The position numbers and the translations under genes are program-made. A stretch of DNA of 64,000 bases from Chiloscyllium plagiosum (taxonomy: Eukaryota), in NCBI RefSeq assembly GCF_004010195.1, contig NC_057728.1:50730782-50794781 (forward strand), written 5' to 3'. Shown here piece after piece: positions 29,901-41,900 of this stretch. The notes under the pieces were generated by a model. That model saw only the letters and a program-made list of their open reading frames with translations, searched no databases and had not been told where the DNA came from. Every line of letters starts with the position of its first letter. Within the stretch, counting starts at the first letter, position 1.

Positions 29901-32900
29901 AGTCCAACTCGTCCATGCTGAGCAGATATCCCAACCTAATCTAGTCCCACCTGCCAGCACCTGGCCCATATCCCTCCAAACCCTTCCTATTCATATATCC
30001 ATCCAGGTGCCTTTTAAATGCTACAATTGTACCAGCCTCCACCACTTCCTCTGGCAGGTCATTCCATACATGTACCACCCTCTGTGTGAAAAAGTTGCCC
30101 CTTAGGTCTCTTTTATATCTTTCCCCTCTCACCCTAAACCTATGCCCTCTAGTTCTGGATTCTCCCACTCCAGGGAAAATTCTTTGTCTACTTATCCTAT
30201 CCATACCCCTCATAATTTTATAAACTTCTGTAAGGTCACCCTTACACTCCAGGGAAAATAGCCCCAGCCTATTCAACCTCTCCCTATAACTCAAATCCTC
30301 CTACCCTGGCAACATCCTTGTAAATCTTTTCTGAACCCTTTCAAGTTTTACAACATCTTTCTTATAGGAAGGAGACCAGAATTGCATGCAATATTCCAAC
30401 AGTGGCCTAACCAATGTCCACCTGGTTGCTAGAACTCGACCCACTGCTCCAGAGATCAAATCCAGTTATGGGGGGGATTGTTTCTTATCAAGGGAAGCTG
30501 AGTAGGTTAGTCCTGTACTCATTGGAGTTTAGAAAAATCAGAGGAGATCTTATTGAACATACAAGATTCTTTGGGGGCTTGACATGTTGCTTCCTCTTTC
30601 AGGAGGGTCTAGGACCAGACAGCGTAATCTCAGGATGACAGGTCTTCTTTATAAGACAGAGATGAGGATGATTTTGTTTCTTTCCAAGGAGAATTCTTTA
30701 TCACAGAGAGCTGTGGACATTGGTTCATTAAATACATTCAAGGCTGAAATAGACTATTTTTTTAATCAACAAGGAAACCAAGGGTTATTGAGGAAAAGGC
30801 TGGAAAGTAGACTTCAGGATTATCAGATCTGTCATTGAATGGTAGGATACTCTGGGTTGAATGCCCTATTTCTGTTCATGTGGTTTAAGTTAAAAGTTAC
30901 ATGCTGCATGTTTAAAGATGCTGGAAGTTAAAGAGGAAAGGTTTCTCGGGGCAATGTTCCTTCTGATTGCCCTTTGCTATGCACAGCCTGTTTGTGGCAT
31001 TGCGAGGTCCCTTTAAGATTGCACACAGCACCTTAAAGAGACCACTACTTGTGCGCAGCTCATTTGTTTTCTGCACAGCTCGTCCCCAACAGACACAGCT
31101 CTAAGGGAACCTTGCCTGGGCTATGGAAACTGTTACACTGGTTTCAGAGTCCAGGTACCAATCACCTGAAAAACATTTGAACTATAATTGTCAGCATCCT
31201 TGAAAAGGTTTTGAACAACTTCACACTTATAAATGTGGGAGCTTGCTGTCCCTCATGGATATTAGGCAGGATGATGCTCACTGGTGTTGGGCCTTGTGAC
31301 CTTTCACACATGATTCAACTGCCAACTGAAGCTTGAGCTTTATAAATAACTTCTTTTAGTTTTGCTGAAGAAGTCGCATTTTGTCAAAGCTTTACACCTT
31401 GCACTTATCAGGACCATTTGCAAGAGTACCAATTCAAGGAGGAAAAGTGTATACTGTTTGAGAAGAGAGTGTTGATTGTTTAGCAAATAGACTTTGATTG
31501 GTAGAGATGTTGCCATGGGGAATGCATCAGTTAATCATAAGATATTGGGCATAGTTTAGTTTTATTTAGATAAGTGTGAGGTGTGCATTTTGGTAAGGCA
31601 AACCAAGGCAGGACTTATACAGTTAATGAGCTGAAATGTGTTGCTGGAAAAGGGCAGCAGGTCAGGCAGCATCCAAGGAACAGGAGAATCGACGTTTCGG
31701 GCATAAGCCCTTCTTCCTGACTTATGCCCGAAACGTCGATTCTCCTGTTCCTTGGATGCTGCCTGACCTGCGCTTTTCCAGCAACACATTTTCAGCTCTG
31801 ATCTCCAGCATCTGCAGTCCTCACTTTCTCCTTATACAGTTAATGGTCAAGCACTGGAGAGTGTTGCCAAACAAAGGTACACAGCTCCGTGACAGTGGGA
31901 CCACATGGAGACAGAGTGGTGAAGAAGGTATTTGGCATGCTTGCCTTCATTGCTCAGAACGTTAGGACTTCATGTTGTGCCTGTACAGGACATTGGTGAG
32001 GCCACTTATAGAATACTGAATACAATTTTGGTCGCCCTTCTATAGGAAGGATATTGTTAACCTTGAGAGGGCACAGAAAAGATTTACAAGGATGTTGCTT
32101 GGGTTGGAGGGTTTGAGCTATAGGAAAAGGCTGAACAAGCTGGGGCTGTTTTCCCTGAAGCATCGGAGGCTGAGGGGTGACCTTATAGAGGTTTATAAAA
32201 TCATGAGGGGCATAGATAGGGTAAATAGACAAGGCCTTTTCCCTGGGGTTGGGGAGTCCAGAACTAGAGGGCATAGTTTTAAGGTGAGAAGGGGAAAGAT
32301 TTAAAAGGGACCTAAGGGGCAACTTTTAATGCAGTGGGTAATGCGTGTATGGAATGAGTTGCCAGAGGAAGTGGTGGAGGCTGGTACAATTATAACATTT
32401 AAAAGGCATCTGGATAGGTATATGAATAGGAAGGGTATGGAGGGATATGGGCCAAGTGCTAGCAAATGAGACTAAGTCAGATTTGGATGTTTGGTTGGCT
32501 TTTATGTGTTGAAATGAAGGGTTTGCTTCCATGCTGTAAAACTCTATGACTCTATAAGGCATAGGTCAGAGAATTGAGGCAAAACTGAGTCTCTTACTAA
32601 TTGGAATAGAAGGGAACCCAATTTCTGTTTGCAACATTATCTTATTCTTAACTGTTTTTAGGAATGGTGATGACCAGGAAGAACATAGTAATTCCAAGAT
32701 ACCCTCGAAGAATGTGGGACATAGGCATGGACACAGCCTCATTGGGAAAGAAACCGACAAGGAATCCAAATCCAAAACCAGTGAGAGACTGTACTTGCAG
32801 AGAATTATTTCCATTGAAGAAGATCCATTGCCCCAGTTCCTTGAAATGCATTCTGCAACCCAGTTAAATGACTGGACCGAGGTGGAAGAGGAGATGGAGA

Positions 32901-35900
32901 ATGAGCAGGAGGAAGAGCTGGTGCAGGAAAGGAATAGTCCACAGAATGGAAAAGTCCTTTCACTTCCAAGAACGCAGCCTGCTGGTGAAGAAGCTTCGAT
33001 GCCGGTGAGTGGGAAATTTCCAGTGTCTCACCACGGATTGAAGACAGCAGTTACCATTAGACTAGAAAACATCATTTGTTCAAAGTCAGTATATAAATCA
33101 CACTATAGGGCCATTGCACATGTCCATTTGCACATGTGTAATTCTGAAGTGGCCATTTTCTACAGCACATCCTCCTGTTTGTTTTCCACGTCCTGTCAGA
33201 ATTTGCTTTTTTTGAATATTTAGCAACTTACCATGGCAAATTCAATTGCATTTGCATGACACCTTTGACAAAGTAAAACATGACAATGTGTTTCCCTAAA
33301 GAGATACTTGACCCTGACATAGGTAAAGGGATGTTAATGCAGAGACCAAATGTTTAAATGAAAAGGTCTTGAGAAGAACAGAGAGCTGAAGAGAATTAAG
33401 GACAGAATTCCAGAGCTCAGAACCCAGGCAGCTATAGGCACAGACCTCCAGTGTTGGAGTGATTAAAACTCAGGACACTTGAGCTGTCGGAGTTGGAGAT
33501 GTGTAGATATCTCAGAGTGTGTTGTGAAATTGAGGAGATTCTGATATGATTCTTAAAGCCATACCGAGTTTCCTATGATTATATTTAGTTTCTGAATTAC
33601 CACCACAGTCAGGCCCAGTGGGAATTGATCATTGTTCTGATGTTTGTTTTATTGCATTTTGTATACCTAAGTACTGTAACTCCTCATTCAGAAAGGCTGT
33701 ACACTGAGTTTTGCCTTCTATGTTTTTCTTAATATTGAGTCACAATAAAAATTGAGAAGGTTCTGCGGCTGCAGGCTAAATGTTCAACGTTCCTGATCTA
33801 CATGAAGGGCATGAAGTTGAATTTCCAGACTTGAAGCAGGAGAATCTTGTGTGAATTTAGCATTTTCTCTGGACTCTGTTTACACTGATTTGTGCTCATT
33901 TCCATGTCCGGGTTATTCTCACGAGGTTGACAGGAAGTTCCACCTTTTCACAATGGGAAACGGGGCGTTACTTTTGGGTTTCATCTCCAGCATCATCCTG
34001 AACAGAACAGTCAATGTTGTGCTTACATCGATATAAACAAATGTGCATGGGGAATGTACACACAGGTGACCTGCACACTACAGTAATTTGCCCACTTCAG
34101 GTGAACACACACACCACATTTGTAGTTAAACTGCTTTATTGACTATTTATAATATTTTCATGCTTTTTCTAAACTGTTTGAGATTAAGACCCTGTTGCAG
34201 AATCTTGCCAATCCAACACTTCCAGATTTTTTCAGTATTGCCCTCCTTGACTCAGATTCAGTGTGTCCCCAAACCTGATTCCACCATTTCGAAACTTGAA
34301 CATGCCCAGGATGCAGAGTTAAGAGCTGTTGGTGCTGGTGATGGTGGTCTGGGAGAAGGAGACCTCCAGGAGCAAGGTTGGGGTTTGTGATAGTGGAGAC
34401 CTGTCTGTGAAAGTGGGAACACAGCTATTAAACATTGAGAGACCCTGCTTTAATCTTTCGGCTCCTGTTCCTTGCAGACTTGTGTCTTTGTTTACTGTTT
34501 CAGATATGCATCTGTCTGCTTTGCCTATGGGGTGTGATTGATTTTTTAAAATTTAGATCCTGCTCCATGTCCTGTATTTAACATTTTTTTTTAAACAGGC
34601 AGTAACAGTGAATTTAGCCAACTCACCACACTTAATTCCTCTAACTTTTCACTTATATTTTGTTGGGATATGGGCATTGCTGGCAAGCTCAGCACATTTG
34701 TTGCCAATCTCTAACACCCTTGAACTGATTTTGGAACTGGTTAGCCCATTTCAGAGAGATACTGCATTACTGTGGGGTCTGGTCCCTTATCCCGGGGATC
34801 CATTCTATGTTGGGACTGCAACTTACTTCCGCTCACTAACTGTGCCCTGACGAGTGTTGCATGTCATGAACCTGCTGAAAGCTAATGTATAAGGTGATAA
34901 ATTTGATGTCTTTTCAAAGCATTTGAAATAAAACAAATGATATTCTTTTCAGGTCAATGAATCGCACTCCAATCCTGACCGTTTATTTAAAATCATTTTT
35001 ATCGGCAATTCCAGTGTGGGGAAAAGTTCTGTTTTAAGAAGGTTTTGTGGCGAGGGTTTTAACCCTGGAATGTGTGCTACCGTCGGTAGGTGAGCTGTTG
35101 TCAACCTTTGTAATTTGTGGGATTTATTTTCACTACATGGAATTAACATAGAGTCATAGAGGTATACAGCACGAAACAGACCCTTCGGTGCAACCCGTCC
35201 ATATCGACCAGATATCCCAAACCAATCTAGTCCCACCTGCCAGCGCCCGGCCCACATCCCTCCGAACCCTTCCTATTCATATACCCATCCAGATGCCTTT
35301 TAAATATTGCAATCATACCAGCATCCACAACTTCCTCTGGCAGCTCATTCCATACACGTACCAATCTCTGTGTGAAAAGGTTGCCCCTGAGGTCTCTTTT
35401 ATATCTTTCCCTTCTCATCCTAAACCTATGCCCTCTAGTTATGGACTCCCCCACCCCAGGAAAGAGAATTTGTCTATTTATTCTATCCATGCCCCTCATG
35501 ATGCTCCAAGAAACACAGCCCTAGCCTATTCAACCTCTCCCTATAGCTCAAATCCTCCAACCCTGGCAACCCTTTCAAGTTTCACAATATCCGACAGATT
35601 TGCATGCAATTTTCCAAAAGCGGCCTAACCAATGTCATACTGGGTGATTTCATAGCAGACTCAATGGGGCAATGGACTGACTTTTGGTTGGTTGGTTGAA
35701 AAGTTCTTGGTGCTACAACTGTGAACAGGACTTTGGGTTAAGATTTCAATGTCAGAGTCAAAATGGAGTCTTGACCTCGCACTATGTAAGGAACAGTCAC
35801 CCAGCTGTGACTTTCCCGGAGTTGGTCAATGGAATGGCTCATTGTCCAATTAGTAGTGGCAGAACTAATATGAGGTCCCCAACTTGGAAAAAGTCACTTT

Positions 35901-38900
35901 GAGGATCTCCCTCCACTGTTTGAAAGATTATCACTGACAAGAAAAGGTCACGTACAGTATCCAGGTCACCGGTGTGGAGGAGGGAGACTCTCTTCAGGAA
36001 AACCTACCATTGTATCTGACAGCAGGTAGACAGGAGAAGCTGAGAGTTTGCTTGCAGCTGTACACCCAACACCTGTTGTACTTCAGGGTTTTATACCCAT
36101 TACTCTACAAAACCTGTTAGGGTTCTCATTGAGACATATAACAATAACATTGTTTACTGCATGATATCTCAGACTTATATATACACTCTAGTTTATCTAT
36201 TTAGATTACTATTTTGTTGTATACAAAGCAACTGGCTGATTAACAACCAATGATTAGAAAGTCCCATTGTATCAACAACATTAATTGTTTCTGGTGTATA
36301 TCCCAAAGAGCTGCACCGACACGTAAGCCAGATGATGCCAATGCATGCTCCATTGCAAGCAGTTAGCTTACTGTGTGTGGATTGTACCACATCATGCCAG
36401 TTTCAATCTCTTATACATTGCATGAAAGGATAGTATTTGCCCTTGCACCAGTGTCAGGCTTGGCACGCAGTACCTGTTGTCCATTCCTCTTGTAATTCGT
36501 GAGTTGGATGGACGTAAATACTTTATTTGTTTTGACAGTGTCTGTATGGTGAGTCAAATGACCACAGTGTTCTGTCGGACTGAAGTCTGTGAACTGTGAC
36601 ATTGTAGTTACTGTTTGGACCTCTTGCATATACTGATGCTTGGGATCCACGGATCCCATGGATGGGAGTTTGGAAATGTCTTTGAAATTGTTCCTTTGTT
36701 GAATCATCTTCACACGCTGCTGTGGCGCAATGTGTTACAAACGGTGTTCCTGTGAGTACTTGGATTTCTTGTACATTTCAGCCCAGAGATCTCTTGGAGC
36801 ACACAGCTCACATGTGCCACTAAATGCCAGGAAATGCTCTGATTGATGAGACATCTCAGACAAGGTCTGGAAAGTTTTCTGTTCTTGCTGACTGCTGCAG
36901 TAGTATTTGCAGAGTCAAGGCCTTGCAGGTGCTGGTGTGCTGTTCCAATTGCTTTGAATTTGAGTCCTCCTCCTCGCCTTGCTTCAATGCTATGATCCTT
37001 AAATTTGTCTAGAAGTGCCTCTCAGAAGGTTTTGATTAGACAAAGAGGTAATGACCAGTTCCACGAACCTTTTGGCTAGGTTTGCATTGGTGAAGTCACT
37101 TTGAACTGCCAATATGGCTGTTAACAATATAACATGAATTCAGGCTAATGAATTCTAAAGTTGACTCTAACCTTAACTGCATGTTTTAGAATGGGCCGGG
37201 AGAGTGTTGGCAGGTGTTGTGCCAGTAATGGGAGTAATATCTCTGCCCATATGAAGGGCAAATTGAGGAAATGAGGCTTGTGACGTACTTGCTGTCATGA
37301 GTTTGTCTGGGATCCAATGTCAGCAAGGACCTCAAGTGGGAATTAAAAGTCTCGGATACTGCAGCGTAATCAGGTAGCTATTGGGGCAGGATCATAGGAC
37401 ACAGAATTTATAATAAAATCAATTACTATAAATTCTGTGTCCTATGATCCTGCCCCATAGCTATCTGCTGAAGGAGCAGTGCTCTGAGAGCTTCTACTTC
37501 CAAATACACCTGTTGGACTACAACTTTTGATTTCTAACTTTGTCCACCCCAGTCCAACACCAGCCCCTCCACATCGTAAACAATTCTAGTCTTTCCTTTT
37601 CATCCACACAGACCAACATCCAGGTGTGATGATGAATATTAGTTAATCAGACTGTGAATGTGACAACAGCAAGTCTTTGAAATACCATTCAACCCAGATG
37701 CAACATTTGGAGAATTAATAGGAGAACTTTGCAGCGTTAATGAGAACATCCAGGGTTAGCTGGAGTCTAATGTATCTAGATTTCAGGTAGGACTGGAGTG
37801 TGGTATAGGAGTCTGTTATAGACCAGACTGCAGGTAGGACTGGAGTGTGGTGTAGAAGAGTAGGTAGGACTGGAGTCTGTTATAGGACAGACTGTAGGTA
37901 GGAATGGTGTCTGTTGAAGGACAGACTGCAGGTAGGACTGGAGTGTGGTGTCGGACAGACTGTAGACAGGACTGGACTCTGTTATAGACCAGACTGCAGG
38001 TAGGACTGGAGTCTGTTATAGGACAGACTGTAGGTGGGAATGGTGTCTGTTGAAGGACAGACTGTAGGTAGGCTTGGAGTGTGGTGTAGGACAGCCTGTA
38101 GGTAGGACTGGAGTGTGATGTAGGACAGCCTGTAGGTAGGACTGGAGTGTGATGTAGGACAGACTGTAGGTAGGACTGGAGTGTGATGTAGGACAGACTG
38201 TAGGTGGGACTGGGTGTGATGTAGGACAGACTGTAGGTAGGACTGGAGTGTGATGTAGGACAGACTGTAGGTAGGACTGGAGTGTGGTGTAGGACAGACT
38301 GTAGGTAGGACTGGAGTGTGGTGTAGGACAGACTGTAGGTAGGATTGGAGTGTGGTGTAGGACAGACTGTAGGTTGAACTGGAGTGTGGTGTAGGACAAA
38401 CTGTAGGTTGAACTGGAGTGTGGTGTAGGACAGACTGTAGGCAGGACTGGAGTGTGGTGTAGGACCGACTGTAGGTTGAACTGGAGTGTGGTGTAGGCCA
38501 AATATGAGATTTGAAATTCTCTTGGGTGGGGAATCTGTATCATGGAGAAAATCAAATGTTTTTCTGTCTCAATCAATTCCTGAAAATGAGATGAGGGCCC
38601 AGGTCAGGCTAATGTTTGTCAGGAGAAAGTTGCTCCTAAAATTCAGTTTAACAAGTTCTAATTTTAAAAAGGTTCTTATATTTAAACCTTTTTTGCTTCC
38701 AGGTATAGACTATCATGTGAAGACAGTAAATGTAGATAATTGCCTACTGGCTCTGCAGCTCTGGGACACAGCAGGACAGGAACGGTGAGCTTCTGCAGCG
38801 AGTTAATCTTATTGTGGCTTCTTTATAAAGGACGTGTAAGGCTTTTTTAACTGCTAATTGTCTGCAATGAGTCACTAAAATGATCACCACTTAATTCTGT

Positions 38901-41900
38901 TTCTGGTGTGGGAGTAAGGTGTCAGCTGTAGCTCAGTGGTAGCATGCTGACCTTTGGTTATGAAGGCCATGGGTTCAACTCCAGAGCTTGGGTGCAAAGT
39001 TCAAGGCTGACACTCTGGTTCAGTATTGAGAGGGTGCAGCAATGTTAGAGGTACAGCGGTCACAATGAGATGTTAAACTGGGACCTCAGGTATATGTAAA
39101 CAATTCCATTGTTCTAGTTTAGAAAATGGAAGTAAGAGAAGACCATGTGGCCCTTCACATCAGCTCTGCAGTTCAACAAGGCTGACCCTATATCTCAATG
39201 CCATAGTCGTGCTTTCTCCTCACACCCCTGGGTAGAAAGAAAATTCTCCTCAGCTCTGACTTCGAAGAGAGACTGCTTATTTTTAAACCGTGTCCTCTAG
39301 TTGTGGTTTCCCTGACAAGAGAATGCACCTTCCCGGTGTTCACCCTATCCAATCCCCTCAGGATCTGAGATACCTCTCATTCCCCTGACTGTCAATGGAT
39401 ACAATCCTGGCCTGTTCAACCCTACTTCATAGGGTAAGCCCTTCACCCCTGGATGGTTCGAGTGAATGAACAAACCATTGGAGAGTGCTGCGTGTTTGTA
39501 TTTATGGACATCCAGGGTTTACTACTGACAAAGTGAGGAATATTCTTCATTTTATATTTTAATGATCATTTGTAAATTTTAGAAGAGCAACAGCAAATGT
39601 AACATTTATGAGGGCAATATTTAAGAATAAGCTTCATTTGGGCGTCTGTTTCTGAGCGCATTGTGATGATTTGTTTGACGTTGCAGGTTTCGTAGTGTCA
39701 CAAAGCAGTTCTTCCGTAAGGCCGATGGAGTCGTTCTCATGTACGACATCACAGCTGCGACCACCTTTCGCGCTGTTCGGCAGTGGCTGGAGAATGTGCA
39801 GGTTCTGTCACTAGATCCTCTGTACTTTGTAGCAATGCCAATTCAGCTAAAGTAGCTCCATACCAAATTTTGCTTCCTTCTTCACTGTCGTTTGTCTATT
39901 TGTAACTCTTCAAGTCAGCAAAGTCACTGAGGCAGGCAGACTTCTGCCTGAACTTTAAGATGAATTGTGAATGGTAGAAGGTGCCTTCCTTCCTTGGAGG
40001 GTTGTGCCTGGGCTGGGCTCCTCACATAACTATTAGAATCATAGAATCCCTACAGTATGGAAACAGGCCACAAGTCCACACCAACCCTCTGAAGAGTAAC
40101 CCACTTAGACCCATTCCCCTACCCTATTACTCGAGATACCCTAATGTTACACATTCCTGAACACTCTGGGCAATCTAGCGTGGCCAATTCACCTAACCTG
40201 CACATCTTTGGGTTGTGGGAGGAAACCCACGCAGAAATGGGGAGAACATGCAAATTCCACACAGACAGTCGCCCAAGGCTGGAATCAAACCCAGGTCCCT
40301 GGCGCTATGAGGCATCAGTGCTAACCACTGGGCCACCTTGCTGCCCCTACTAAGCCACCGTGCTGCCACTGCATTCTTGTATTGTGACAAACACTTTATA
40401 ATTAGTGTGTTTGGCAGGATCGTTGACTCAAATTGTGGGATAGCTGCCTTGCTTTGTTAAATATGCTTTGTTAATTGTGTTAAATATGGGGTGGCACAGT
40501 GGCTCAGTGGTTGGCACTGCTGCCTCACAGCACCAGGCATCCGGGTTCAATTCCAGCCTCAGGTGACTGTCTGTGTGGAGTTTGTACATTCTCCCCGTGT
40601 CTGTGTGGGTTTCCTCTGCATGGGTTTCCACTGGGTGCTCCGGTTTCCTCCGACAATCCAAAGATGTGCTTGTCAGGTGAATTGGCTATGCTAAGTTGCC
40701 CATAGTGTTAGGTGTGTTAGTGAGGGGTAAATATAGGATAGGGGAATGGGTCTGGGTGGATTACTGTTCGGGTGGTCGGTGTGGACTTTTTGGGCCGAAG
40801 GGCCTGTTTCCATACTCTCGGGAAGCTAATCTAATCTGTTACCCCAGGTTGACAGTGATGTTCTATTCAACCTTGTATGCTGTTCCACGAAGACCACTGC
40901 TGGCAGTAATATGAGCAAATGTAACTGGTTAGCAGTTTTGGATGTCTGTTATTGGCATTAATGGGTTTGAATGTTGTTAATGCATAGTTACTGACAAATT
41001 TGGCAGATGAAGTTTGCCATGGATAAGTCAGAGGCTGAAGGAATAGAAAGGCAACTTATTATATAAATGGAGGGAAACTTCAGAGTGTTTTAGTACAGAG
41101 CGATCTGGGTGTGCTTGGGCATGAAAGCTAGTATACATCTACAACAGGTAATAAGGAAGATCAATGGAATTTTGGTATTTATTGCTAAAGGATTAGAATG
41201 TAAAAGTAGGGAAGTGGTGTTGCAACTGTAAAAGGCATTGATGACACCACACCTGGAATATTGTATACATTTTTCCTCCCCTTACTTGAGGAGGTAGCTG
41301 CATTAGAGGCAGTTCAGAGATGGTTCATTAAATTGAGTTTAGAGATGTGAGGATTGGATTTAGGTTTGCTTGCTGAGCTGGAAGGTTTGTTTTCATTGAC
41401 TTGGATCCTATTTACCATCCCCTGAGAACAAGAAGAGGAAATGACATCACAAGAGGAAATGATGCACGAAATGACATCACCAACCCAAGGAAACCCAAAC
41501 ATATAAATAGAAAGTGGGCTACACCACCAGTGCTTCATCTGGAGGCTCACTGATGATGTTACCTAGTAGGGTGACGAAACATCTAAAAATAAATCTTCCA
41601 GCTCAGCGAGCAAACCTACATCCAGAACCTCAACCTGAGCTACAAGTTTTCTCAAAACTCGCTAAGATGAGAGCATTGTCTTGTGAAGAGAGAATTGAGT
41701 ATTTTCGGCTTGTACTCTCTAAAGTTTTGAAGAATGAGAGGAGATCTAATTGAGGTAGACAAGATGTGAAAAGAGATTGACAAAATATGCATAGAGAGGA
41801 TGTTTCCTCCTGTGGGACATCATTGTGGAATGGAGGTCACATTTTTAAGCAGATTTAAATCAGAAATTACTTTTCTGATAGGATCATAAATCTGTGGAGT

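Noticed and set aside
37784..38497. CRISPR-like array or repetitive protein ORF 38016-38576
   Set aside because: Units are contiguous with no unique spacers, there are no cas genes and the context is a eukaryotic intron. The ORF is a by-product of the minisatellite.
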